From assembly GCA_963697335.1 (NCBI GenBank), contig CAVONQ010000018.1:288001-352000 (forward strand): a stretch of 64,000 nt of DNA, given 5' to 3'. Positions 28,015 through 37,207 of the stretch are shown one piece after another. Both the position numbers and the translations under genes were made by a program. Numbering within the stretch: the first letter of the stretch is position 1; every line of letters starts with the position of its first letter. The DNA is from an uncultured cyanobacterium. GTDB lineage: Bacteria > Cyanobacteriota > Cyanobacteriia > PCC-6307 > Cyanobiaceae. Under the pieces are notes generated by a model. The model was given only the letters and a program-made list of their open reading frames with translations, did no database searches and was not told where the DNA came from.

Positions 28015-29141
28015 GCCCGGCCCCATTGCGGCTGCTGGTGGTGGCGGGTGAGGCCTCGGGTGACCTGCACGGCGGCGCCCTGCTGCAGCAGCTGCGCTCA
28101 CGCCTGCCCGAGGCCCAAATCCTGGGCGTGGGGGGAGAGCGGATGCGGGCCGCCGGCCTGCTGCAGTTGGCCGATGTGCGCCATCTCTCCGCTGCCGGGG
28201 TGGTGGAGATCCTGGGCAGCCTGGGCCGCCACTACCGGGTGATGCGGCTGCTCAAGCGCCAGATGGACCGCCACCGCCCGGCGGCCGTGGCCCTGATCGA
28301 CTACCCCGGCTTCAATCTCCTGGTGGCCCAGGAAGCTCACCGGCGCGGCATTCCGGTGTTCTTCTACATCGCCCCCCAGGTGTGGGCCTGGGGCCGGGGC
28401 CGGGCTCGGCGGATGGCCGGCTACATCGATCGCCTGGCGGTGATCTTTCCCTTCGAGGAGCCCCTGTTCAACGCCCATGGGCGCAGCTTCGCCCGCTACG
28501 TGGGCCATCCCCTGATGGATGGGCTGGCGGTGACCTCCAGCCGGGAGGCCACCCTGCAGCGCCACGGCTTCGATCCCGAGCGGCGCCTGCTGCTGCTGCT
28601 GCCCGGCAGTCGCCGCGCCGAGATCCGCTTGCTGCTGCCGGCCCTGCTGGCCGCCGCCGCCGTGTTTGGTCAGGATGGCTGGCAGGTGGGCCTGCTGCGG
28701 GCCCCCACGGTGGACCAGGCCTTTCTGGAGCAGGTGGCCGGCGATGCTCCCCTGCCCCACTGCATCTCCGGTGACGACACCTACAACCTGCTCCACGCCG
28801 CCGATGGCGCCCTGGTCAGCTCCGGCACCGCCACCCTGCAGGCTGCCCTGCTGGGCTGTCCCCACGTGATCGTCTACCGCTTCTCGCGGCTCACCTATCT
28901 GCTGGCCAGCCTGGCCACCCGCCACCGGGTGATCGGCCTGCCCAACGTGATTCTCGGCCGGGTCGTCTTTCCGGAGCTGGTGCAGCGGGCCGTGACCCCG
29001 GCCAACCTGGTGCGGGAGCTGCGCCAGCTGCTGGCCGATCCGGCCGGGGTGCGGCAGGCCGTGGAGGAGCTCCGCAGCAAGATGGGCCCGCCGGGCGCCT
29101 CGGCCCGGGCAGCGGCTGAACTGGTGGATCTGGTGCGATGA
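28005..29141 (+). CDS. lpxB: Lipid-A-disaccharide synthase
   Basis: VAGEASGDLHG, IDYPGFNL, YIAPQVWAWG, IFPFE, YVGHPL, LLPGSRRAEI, SGTATL, IGLPNVI..PELVQ. Confidence 0.94.
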   Translation: MELSPAPLRLLVVAGEASGDLHGGALLQQLRSRLPEAQILGVGGERMRAAGLLQLADVRHLSAAGVVEILGSLGRHYRVMRLLKRQMDRHRPAAVALIDYPGFNLLVAQEAHRRGIPVFFYIAPQVWAWGRGRARRMAGYIDRLAVIFPFEEPLFNAHGRSFARYVGHPLMDGLAVTSSREATLQRHGFDPERRLLLLLPGSRRAEIRLLLPALLAAAAVFGQDGWQVGLLRAPTVDQAFLEQVAGDAPLPHCISGDDTYNLLHAADGALVSSGTATLQAALLGCPHVIVYRFSRLTYLLASLATRHRVIGLPNVILGRVVFPELVQRAVTPANLVRELRQLLADPAGVRQAVEELRSKMGPPGASARAAAELVDLVR

Positions 29142-30886
29142 GCAGGCCTGTGTACCGGCGTTTCCTGGCCTACGGGAAGCCCTATCTGTGGCCCACCTTT
29201 CTGCTGGCCCTGCTGTTCAACTTCGGCTACGGCGCCTCCACCGGCTTCGTGCCGCTGGTGATCCGCCACCTCTTCGACGACGTGCTGCCCAGCAGCGATC
29301 GGGGCCGGCTCTACAGCGCTCCGGCGGTGATCCTGGGGGTGATCGTGTTGCGGGCCGTCTGCCAGTACCTGGGGGCCTACCTCACCGAGACGGTGAGCCA
29401 GTCGATCACGGCGGACCTGCGCTCCGATCTGGCCGCCAAGGTGATGGTGCTGCCGCAGTCGTACATCGACCGCCATCCCTCCAGCACCCTGATCTCGCGC
29501 CTGCTCAGTGATGTGACGCTGGTCAAGACCGGCATCGTGGATGGCTTCTCCTCGATCTTCAAGGATTCGCTCACCCTGCTGGCCCTGGTGCTGGTGGCCA
29601 TCTACCAGGACTGGCTGCTGGCCCTGATCGCCTTCATCCTCTTCCCGGTGGCGATCCTGCCGGTGCTGCGCTCCTCGAAGAAGGTGCGGCGTCACTCCAG
29701 CCGGGGCCAGTCGAGCCTGGCGCGGCTGGCCAGCTACCTGCAGGAGTCGCTGGTGGGCTCCAGGGTGGTGAAGGTCTTCGGCATGGAGGCCTATGAGCTG
29801 CGGCGCTTCCGGGAGGAGAACACCGCCGTGCTGAAAGCCGCCCTGCGCACCACCCGCGCCAAGCTCGCCAACCAGCCCCTGATGGAGCTGCTGGGGGCAG
29901 TGGGGTTCAGTGCGGTGCTGGTGTATGGCGGCGAGGCGGTGATCAGCGGCAGCCGCACCACCGGCAGCTTCTTCGCTTTTCTCACCTCCCTCTACCTCTG
30001 CTACGCGCCCTTCAAGGGGCTGGCGAAGGCCAATGCAGTGCTGCAGCAGGGGGTGTCGGCTGCCCAGGACCTCTTCGCCATCCTCGATACCCCAGAGGAT
30101 CCGGTGGAGGCCGCAGCTCCGCGGCAGCAGCAGGGGGTGGCCCGGGAGCTGCGGGCAGAGGCCCTGAGCTTCGGCTACGGCACCGACCCCGTGATCCGCG
30201 AGCTGGAGCTGGTGATCCCCGTGGGCAGCACGGTGGCCCTGGTGGGCCCCAGCGGTGGCGGCAAGAGCACGATCATCGATCTCTTCTGCCGCTTCTACGA
30301 CCCAGATGGCGGCCGAATCTGCATTGATGGCCTCGACATCCGCGAGCTCTCCCTGGCCTCGTTGCGGAGCCTGATCTCGGTGGTGGATCAGAACACCTTT
30401 CTGTTTAACGACACGGTGGCCAACAACATCGCCTATGGCCATGCCGCGGCCTCGCGCCAGGCCGTGGAGGCCGCTGCCCGGGCCGCCAATGCCCACGGCT
30501 TCATCGCCCAGCTGCCCCAGGGCTATGACACGCTGATCGGCGAGAACGGCACCCTGCTGTCCGGCGGCCAGCGGCAGCGCATCGCCATCGCCCGCGCCCT
30601 GATCAAGAACGCCCCGATCCTGTTGCTCGACGAGGCCACCTCGGCTCTGGATTCCGCCTCGGAGCAGGTGGTTCAGGAAGCCCTGGATCGCCTGATGAGC
30701 AACCGCACCACCCTGGTGGTGGCCCATCGGCTCTCCACGGTGGTGAACGCCGACCGGATCTGCGTGATCGAGGCCGGCGCGATGGTGGAATCCGGCACCC
30801 ACGCCGAGCTGATGGCTCACGGCGGCCGGTACGCCGCCTTATTTTCGACACAATTCGCAAACCCAACCTTGGTGTCGCCCCGATGA
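29138..30886 (+). CDS. msbA: MsbA-type lipid A export ABC transporter (fused permease/ATPase)
   Basis: N-terminal TM domain plus GPSGGGKS, LSGGQRQRIAIARA, LLDEATSALD, VVAHRLST. Overlaps lpxB (ATGA). Confidence 0.85.
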   Translation: MSRPVYRRFLAYGKPYLWPTFLLALLFNFGYGASTGFVPLVIRHLFDDVLPSSDRGRLYSAPAVILGVIVLRAVCQYLGAYLTETVSQSITADLRSDLAAKVMVLPQSYIDRHPSSTLISRLLSDVTLVKTGIVDGFSSIFKDSLTLLALVLVAIYQDWLLALIAFILFPVAILPVLRSSKKVRRHSSRGQSSLARLASYLQESLVGSRVVKVFGMEAYELRRFREENTAVLKAALRTTRAKLANQPLMELLGAVGFSAVLVYGGEAVISGSRTTGSFFAFLTSLYLCYAPFKGLAKANAVLQQGVSAAQDLFAILDTPEDPVEAAAPRQQQGVARELRAEALSFGYGTDPVIRELELVIPVGSTVALVGPSGGGKSTIIDLFCRFYDPDGGRICIDGLDIRELSLASLRSLISVVDQNTFLFNDTVANNIAYGHAAASRQAVEAAARAANAHGFIAQLPQGYDTLIGENGTLLSGGQRQRIAIARALIKNAPILLLDEATSALDSASEQVVQEALDRLMSNRTTLVVAHRLSTVVNADRICVIEAGAMVESGTHAELMAHGGRYAALFSTQFANPTLVSPR

Positions 30887-32433
30887 CCATCGCCCCCAGC
30901 CGTTCCCCGGCCCCCTCCGGCGCCACCTGGCAGCGGGCCGACTGGGCCAGCTCCTTCCGCAACGTGGGCACCGAGCTCGCCGATGTGGCCGTCACGGCGA
31001 GTCGGGGCACCATCCCGGCCGAGCTCCGCGGCAGCCTCTACCGCAACGGCCCGGGCCGGCTGGAGCGGGGCGGGCAGTGGGTGCACCACCCCTTCGATGG
31101 CGACGGCATGATCACGGCCCTGCGCTTTGAGGGCGGCGCGGCCCGGCTCAGCAACCGCTTCGTGCGCACGGAGGGCTGGCAGGCCGAGGAGAGCGCCGGC
31201 CGCTTCGTCTATCGCGGCGTGTTCGGCACCCAGAAGCCGGGGGGGGCTCTGGCCAACGCCTTCGACCTGCGGCTCAAGAACATCGCCAACACCCACGTGG
31301 TGCGCCTCGGCGACCAGCTGCTGGCCCTCTGGGAGGCGGCCGAGCCCCATGCCCTCGATCCCCAGACCCTCGAAACCCGGGGCCTCAGTCGCCTTGAGGG
31401 GGTGCTCAAGCCAGGTGAGGCCTTCAGCGCCCACCCCCGCTTCGACCCCGGTCACCGGGGGGCGCCGCGGATGGTGACCTTTGGGGTCAAGAGCGGGCCG
31501 CGCAGCACGATCCGGCTGATGGAGTTCGCCACGGCCGACGACCCTGCCGCCGGCGTGCGGGCGGGCCAGCTGCTGGCGGAGCGCCACGACACGATGGCGG
31601 GCTTCGCCTTCCTGCACGACTTCGCCATCACCCCCAACTGGGCCGTGTTCCTGCAGAACGCCATGGCCTTCAACCCCCTCCCCTTCGTGTTTGGCCAGAA
31701 GGGGGCGGCCCAGTGCCTGGCCTCCAAGCCCGGCGAGATCGGCCGCTTCTTTCTGGTGCCCCGTCCCGGCAGCGCGGCGGCGGAGCGCCATGCCAAGCCC
31801 CTGGAGGTGCCAGCACCCGAGGGCTTTGTGTTCCACCACCTCAATGCCTTCGAGGATGAAGCCACGGGCGAGCTGGTGCTCGATTCGATCTTCTACGCCG
31901 ACTTCCCCTCGATCGGCCCCGGGGAGGACTTCCGCTCCGTGGACTTCGAGGCCATTCCCGAGGGGCAGCTGAAGCGCTGCCGCATCGATCTGGAACGGGC
32001 CGCCACTGATCCCGCCGGGGCCGTGAGCTCCGACTGGCTCGAGCAGCGCTGCTGTGAGTTCGCCACGGTGCATCCGGCCCGCCAGGGACGCGAGGCCCGC
32101 TTCGCCTGGATGGCCGTGACCGAGCAGGAGCGCGGCAATGCGCCGCTGCAGGCCATCGAGAAGCTGGATCTCAGCAGTGGGGAGCGCCGTGTGTGGTGCG
32201 CCGGGGCACGCAGCTTCGTGAGCGAGCCCGTGATGGTGCCCCGCGCCGCCACAGGGTCTGAAGCCGCCACCGGTTCTGAAGACGACGGCTGGGTGCTCTG
32301 CGTGGTGTGGAACGGCGCCCGCTGCGCCAGTGATCTGGTGATCCTCAACGCCGACGATCTCTCGGAGCAGGCGGTGCTGGAGCTGCCCCTGGCCATCCCC
32401 CATGGCCTGCACGGCAGCTGGGTGGCGGCCTAA
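30883..32433 (+). CDS. Carotenoid cleavage oxygenase (RPE65/ACO family, Diox1-like)
   Basis: GSLYRNGPG, HPFDGDGM, KNIANT, FSAHP, FLHDFAIT, FVFHHLNAFE, CEF, FVSEP, HGLHGSW (four Fe-binding His). Confidence 0.94.
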   Translation: MTIAPSRSPAPSGATWQRADWASSFRNVGTELADVAVTASRGTIPAELRGSLYRNGPGRLERGGQWVHHPFDGDGMITALRFEGGAARLSNRFVRTEGWQAEESAGRFVYRGVFGTQKPGGALANAFDLRLKNIANTHVVRLGDQLLALWEAAEPHALDPQTLETRGLSRLEGVLKPGEAFSAHPRFDPGHRGAPRMVTFGVKSGPRSTIRLMEFATADDPAAGVRAGQLLAERHDTMAGFAFLHDFAITPNWAVFLQNAMAFNPLPFVFGQKGAAQCLASKPGEIGRFFLVPRPGSAAAERHAKPLEVPAPEGFVFHHLNAFEDEATGELVLDSIFYADFPSIGPGEDFRSVDFEAIPEGQLKRCRIDLERAATDPAGAVSSDWLEQRCCEFATVHPARQGREARFAWMAVTEQERGNAPLQAIEKLDLSSGERRVWCAGARSFVSEPVMVPRAATGSEAATGSEDDGWVLCVVWNGARCASDLVILNADDLSEQAVLELPLAIPHGLHGSWVAA

Positions 32434-33047
32434 GGGCTGGCGAACAGCTGGCGCAGCTGGGGTTCGAGGGCCGCGAAGGCGCGGCCCCGATGGCCCAGGC
32501 GGGCCTTGGTGGCACTGTCCATCTCGGCAAAGGTCTGGCCGGCCTCGGGCACGTGGAACACCGGGTCGTAGCCGAACCCCCCTGTGCCCCGGGGCGCCTC
32601 CAGAATCACGCCCGGACAGTGGCCCTCCACCGCCAGCCGCACCCGGCCGCGGGGGTCGGCCACGGCCAGGGCGGCGCTGAACTGAGCCCTGCGCTCCTCG
32701 GTGTCAGCCAGTTCCTCGTCGGCCAGTTCCTCCAGCAGCCGGGCGATGCGGGCGGCATCGGTGGCGGCGTAGCGGGCTGAATGCACTCCAGGGGCGCCGC
32801 CCAGGGCCGCCACGCAGAGGCCGGAATCGTCGGCCAGGGCCCAGCACCCTGTCAGGCGGGCCACGACGCTCGCCTTGATGGCGGCGTTCTCGGCGAAGCT
32901 GCTTCCCGTTTCCTCCACCTCCAGGCCTTCGGGCTGGGGCCTCAGCTCCAGGCCCAGCCCCGCCAGCAGCCGGCTGAATTCGCCCACTTTGCCGGCGTTG
33001 CCACTGGCGATCACCAGCACGCCGGGTTTGCCGTTCGTGGCGTCCAT
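32430..33047 (-). CDS. rdgB: Non-canonical purine NTP pyrophosphatase (Ham1 family)
   Basis: ASGNAGK, VEETG.SF.ENA..KA, ADDSGL..ALGGAPGVHSARY, GFGYDP, HRGRA. Confidence 0.94.
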   Translation of the reverse strand: MDATNGKPGVLVIASGNAGKVGEFSRLLAGLGLELRPQPEGLEVEETGSSFAENAAIKASVVARLTGCWALADDSGLCVAALGGAPGVHSARYAATDAARIARLLEELADEELADTEERRAQFSAALAVADPRGRVRLAVEGHCPGVILEAPRGTGGFGYDPVFHVPEAGQTFAEMDSATKARLGHRGRAFAALEPQLRQLFASP

Positions 33048-33057
33048 GGCTGCGGCC

Positions 33058-34527
33058 TCACACCTGCTCGGCCAGCTGCTGCGCCCAGGCGAGCACGCAG
33101 GCCACCCGTTCCGGGCTGGGGGCCTCGCAGTAGAGCCGCAGCAGTGGCTCGGTGCCCGAAAAGCGCAGCATCAGCCAGTGGCTGGGCCCCAGCCGCAGCT
33201 TTACGCCGTCGGTGCGGATCACCTCCTGCACCGGCAGCCCGGCCACCTCGGCCGGCGGCTGGGCGGCCAGCAGGGCCTCAAGCCTGGCCCGGGCCGCCAT
33301 GTCCGGCAGGCGCAGGTCGAGCCGGTCGTAGGCCGCAGCCCCGCCACAGCGCTGCTGCAGGGCATCGAGGCGCTGGCCCAGGGGCACACCACCCTCCACC
33401 AGCGCCTCGATCAGCAGCAGGGCGGCAAAGGGGGCGTCCCGTTCCGGCAGATGCATGCCGAACCCCACGCCGCCCGATTCCTCGCCCCCCACCAGCACCT
33501 CGCCGGCCAGCATTTCGGCGGCGATGTACTTGAAGCCCACCGGTTTTTCCAGCACGGTGCGGCCCAGCCCCTCGGCCACCTGCTGCATCAGGTCGGAGCC
33601 GCTCACGGTCTTGATCACCAGCCCAGGCAGCTGGCGGGCCCGGGCCAGGTGGTCGATGAACAGGGGCATCAGCAGCTGGGTGCTGCAGAAGCGGCCCTGT
33701 TCATCCACCGCCGCGAGGCGGTCGCCATCGCCGTCGAACACAATCCCCATGGCCGGTTTGCCGGCCGCCGTGCTGGCGCGCACCGCGGCGATGAGCTCCT
33801 GCAGGTAGGGGGCCAGGGGCTCGGGGGGATGGCCGCCGAAGAGGGGGTCCCGCTGGCTGCGGATCTCGTGGATGGCCCCGCTGGCCAGGGCCTGGGGACC
33901 CAGCAGGGCAGGCAGCACGCCGGCGGCGGAGCCGTGCATCGGATCCACGATCACGCTGAGGCCCAGGCGCTCCAGCCCCGCCGCCAGGGCGTCGGTGTCC
34001 ACCTTGGCCCGCAGGCCGGCCAGGTAGGGGCCGAGGGCATCAAACCGGGGCGTGTCGGCCGGCCGCGGCACGGTGATGCCGCCGGCGGCCAGGCGCGTTT
34101 CCACCCGCTGGGTGAAGTCTCCCTCCACCGAGCCGCCGAAGGGCCCCTTGATCTTCAGGCCGAGCCATTCGGGCGGGTTGTGGCTGGCGGTGATCACCAG
34201 GGCGCCGAGGGCGCCGCGCTCCACCACCGCCCAGCTGCTGGTGGGAGTGGGGGTGGGGGTGGCGGCAAGCACCGGCTCCAGTTCGGCGCCGCGCACGGCG
34301 GCGCAGATGGCCTCGGCCAGCTCCGGTGCCAGGAAGCGGCGGTCATAGCCGATCACCACTTCGCGGCTGCGCAGCTCCGCCGGTGCCGAGGAGGCCAGTT
34401 CGCGGGCGGCGGCCGCCGCCACCGGCAACAGCCGCTCCACGGTGATGTCCACCCCGAGGATGCCCCGCCAGCCATCGGTGCCGAAGCTGATCGGAGCCGC
34501 GTCCAGGGGCAGCGGGGCTGAAACCAT
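33058..34527 (-). CDS. Phosphoglucomutase/phosphomannomutase family protein
   Basis: FGTDGWRG, ITASHNP, FDGDGDR, VGFKYI, GGEESGG, RFSGTEPLLRLY. Confidence 0.94.
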   Translation of the reverse strand: MVSAPLPLDAAPISFGTDGWRGILGVDITVERLLPVAAAAARELASSAPAELRSREVVIGYDRRFLAPELAEAICAAVRGAELEPVLAATPTPTPTSSWAVVERGALGALVITASHNPPEWLGLKIKGPFGGSVEGDFTQRVETRLAAGGITVPRPADTPRFDALGPYLAGLRAKVDTDALAAGLERLGLSVIVDPMHGSAAGVLPALLGPQALASGAIHEIRSQRDPLFGGHPPEPLAPYLQELIAAVRASTAAGKPAMGIVFDGDGDRLAAVDEQGRFCSTQLLMPLFIDHLARARQLPGLVIKTVSGSDLMQQVAEGLGRTVLEKPVGFKYIAAEMLAGEVLVGGEESGGVGFGMHLPERDAPFAALLLIEALVEGGVPLGQRLDALQQRCGGAAAYDRLDLRLPDMAARARLEALLAAQPPAEVAGLPVQEVIRTDGVKLRLGPSHWLMLRFSGTEPLLRLYCEAPSPERVACVLAWAQQLAEQV

Positions 34528-34714
34528 GAACCTTGGGTGTGGTGTCCGCCAGCTTGCCGGATCCTCAGCTGACTAGCGTTCCCCCGCTGCCGGACCCCAG
34601 CACCGGACCCCAGGGCCTGGGCCGGTTGAGGATCCGGGCCAGGCCCTGCTCCGCTGAGCTCTGCCCTCCCTCGCCCCCACGGCTCTGCCCCTTTCCCCAG
34701 CTCACGATCCGCCG

Positions 34715-36196
34715 ATGACCCAGGTGGTGCTCACCGACCGGCTGTTGCGCAGCTGGCTGCGCTGCAAGCGCCGGGCCTGGCTGGACCGGCACGGCGATCC
34801 GGAGGCCCGGCGCTGGACGGCCCATCGCAGCCTTGCCCTCAGCGACCAGATGGCCAGTTTCCAGAGCCTGCTGGCGCGGAAGCCCGGCCATGGGGAGGCG
34901 GCCTGCGTTGCCGGCGCGCCGGGGGTGGTGGGGCTGCGGCTGCACGGGGAGGGGCCCGCGGGTCTGCAGCTGCAGGCCCATCCCTCCCTGCTGGAGCGGC
35001 TGCCTGGTCCCAGCCGCTGGGGGGACCATGCCTATCGCCCGGTGCTGGGGCGCCAGGGCCGCAACCTCACCCGTGAGCACCGGCTGCTGCTGGCCCTGTG
35101 GGGCCGCCTGCTGGCCCTGCATCAACAGGCCCCGGTGCCCCAGGCGCTGGTGGTGGCGGGCTCGGGCCGGAACCTCCAGCGCGACACCCTCAGCCTCAGC
35201 GCCGGCCTGCAGCACCAGCTCGATGACGCCCTGCAGCGCCTCGCCGACACCCTGCAGAACCCCACGCCGCCGCCCCTGGTGGCCGATCGCAAAAAGTGTG
35301 TGCTCTGCAGCTGGCGCGGCCAGTGCGACCAGGAGGCGGCGGCTGAGGGCCATCTCAGCGAGGTGAGCGGCATCGGCGGCAAGCGGCGCGAGATGCTGCT
35401 GGAGCTGGGGATCACCAACCTCAAGCAGCTGGCGGCCGCCGATCCGGCCTGGCTGGGGGAGGCCCTGGCCGTGCACGGCGAGCAGCATCGCGACAACGCC
35501 GCGGTGCTGGTGGCCCAGGCCCGCGTGCAGGCCCTGGGGCGGGCCGAGCGGCTGGAGCCGGGGTCCCCTGGGGTCGAGGGGGCAGGGGGCCGCGAGGCGC
35601 TGCCCGAACTGCGCCACTGCCCGGGGGTGCTCCTCTATGACATCGAGTCGGATCCCGATGCCCGTGACGATTTCCTGCACGGGTTCGTGATCGTGCCCCG
35701 CGGCGCCGACGGTGCCTGGCCGGCAGGGCCGGTGCCCGCACCGGGCAGCTGGCGTTACCAGCCCCTGCTGGCCCTCTATGACCACGGCGAGGCCCTGCTG
35801 TGGCAACGGCTGCGGCGGCTGCTCGGGCGCTATCCGGCCTGGCCGGTGCTCCACTACGGCGAAACCGAGTCGATCGCCCTGCTGCGCCTGGCCCGGCGGC
35901 AGGGGGCCGGGGAGGCGGAACTGGCCGCCCTGCGCGATCGTCTGGTGGACGTGCATGCCAGGGTGCGGCGCCACTGGCGCCTGCCGGTGAACAGCTACGG
36001 CTTGAAGGCCGTGGCCAGCTGGCTCGGCTTTCGCTGGAGCCAGGGCGGCGTGGATGGCGCCCGCTGTCTGCTCTGGTGGCGCCAGTGGCGCCGCGACGGC
36101 GGCAGCCAGCGCCTGCAGCGGATCTTCACCTACAACCGTGACGACAACCTGGCCACCTGGGCCGTGGTGCGCTGGCTGCTCGACGGCCCAGGCTGA
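34715..36196 (+). CDS. TM0106 family RecB-like nuclease with C-terminal RNase H-like domain
   Basis: RCKRRAWLD, C-x2-C-x5-C, HhH-like VSGIGGKR, YDIESDPD, HYG, SYGLKAVA, YNRDDNLAT. Confidence 0.85.
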   Translation: MTQVVLTDRLLRSWLRCKRRAWLDRHGDPEARRWTAHRSLALSDQMASFQSLLARKPGHGEAACVAGAPGVVGLRLHGEGPAGLQLQAHPSLLERLPGPSRWGDHAYRPVLGRQGRNLTREHRLLLALWGRLLALHQQAPVPQALVVAGSGRNLQRDTLSLSAGLQHQLDDALQRLADTLQNPTPPPLVADRKKCVLCSWRGQCDQEAAAEGHLSEVSGIGGKRREMLLELGITNLKQLAAADPAWLGEALAVHGEQHRDNAAVLVAQARVQALGRAERLEPGSPGVEGAGGREALPELRHCPGVLLYDIESDPDARDDFLHGFVIVPRGADGAWPAGPVPAPGSWRYQPLLALYDHGEALLWQRLRRLLGRYPAWPVLHYGETESIALLRLARRQGAGEAELAALRDRLVDVHARVRRHWRLPVNSYGLKAVASWLGFRWSQGGVDGARCLLWWRQWRRDGGSQRLQRIFTYNRDDNLATWAVVRWLLDGPG

Positions 36197-36197
36197 C

Positions 36198-37199
36198 TCA
36201 GCTGGCCCCGGAGGCGGTCCCGGAGCCGGCGCCCACCGGCGGGGCGATGAACCCAGCCGGGGTGGACATCTGCACGCAGGGTCCGCCGGGGCCGAGCCGC
36301 AGTTCGGTGGCGGCAAGGGCCTGGCGGCGCACCAGGGCCAGGCCGATCCAGGCGCCTGAGGGGAGACGCAGGGCAGAGGTCACGCTGCCGCAGCGCCCGG
36401 CATCGGACTCGTCGCTACTGAGCAGCACCGTGCCGATGGGAGCCGCCGCCAGCGGCGTTGGCTGCTCCGCCCCGGAGCCCTCTGCCGGCTGGGGCAGATG
36501 CCAGCGCCGCAGCTGCTGCTTGACGCCGTCGTAGGTGGCCAGCTTGGCCAGGGTTTCCTGGCCCACGTAGCAGCCCTTCGAGAGGCTCACCCGATCCGCC
36601 AGGCCCAGCTCAAACGGGTTGGTGCCGTCGTTGAGTTCCGCCGGTTCGGCCGGCAGGCCCTGCTGCAGCCGCCAGCGCTCCTGCCCGGCTGCGTCCAGGG
36701 GCGGCAGGGCCTCCAGGTCCGCGGGCAGGGCCGTGAGCTGGTGGAGCAGCCAGCTCGGCCCCAGCCGCCAGCCCTGATTCGCGGGCAGGGCCTGCCACTG
36801 GAGCGGCACTGGCGGGCTGGCCAGGCTGGGTGCGGCGATGGCGGGGCTGGGGGTGGGGAGCGGCGTCAGCAGCCAGGCGGGCTGCAGGGCCCCCAGCTCC
36901 ACCTGATCGGCGGGAAAGAGCACCCGGTCGAGGCTGGAGCGGATGGCGGCGGCATCGCCGTGGGTCACCACCAGCCAGGCGCCCTCGCTCTCCACGAGTA
37001 CCTCCGCCAGGGCCCGCATGCGGCCGGTGGGGGAAATGCAGCAGGTGCGGATCCAGGCCCCCGCTGGGGCGCGTTCCAGATCAGCGCTGGTCTGACCGTG
37101 CAGAAACCGCAGGGTGTCGGGCCCGCGCAGGTGCAGCAGGGACACGGGCTGCTGCAGCCGTGCCGCGGGGGCGGGTTGCCAGGTCCAGGGATCGTGCAT
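36198..37199 (-). CDS. ygfZ: YgfZ/GcvT-like folate-binding protein
   Basis: GPDTLRFLHGQTS and the KGCYVGQE signature. Confidence 0.88.
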   Translation of the reverse strand: MHDPWTWQPAPAARLQQPVSLLHLRGPDTLRFLHGQTSADLERAPAGAWIRTCCISPTGRMRALAEVLVESEGAWLVVTHGDAAAIRSSLDRVLFPADQVELGALQPAWLLTPLPTPSPAIAAPSLASPPVPLQWQALPANQGWRLGPSWLLHQLTALPADLEALPPLDAAGQERWRLQQGLPAEPAELNDGTNPFELGLADRVSLSKGCYVGQETLAKLATYDGVKQQLRRWHLPQPAEGSGAEQPTPLAAAPIGTVLLSSDESDAGRCGSVTSALRLPSGAWIGLALVRRQALAATELRLGPGGPCVQMSTPAGFIAPPVGAGSGTASGAS

Positions 37200-37207
37200 G
37201 GGGGAGT

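Noticed and set aside
32243..32282. Short in-frame tandem duplications (AATGSE x2 in the oxygenase; also EELAD x2 in rdgB near 32705-32735 and RDKA x2 at the mlaD tail)
   Set aside because: Small slippage duplications in loops or tails with only two copies; not an array.
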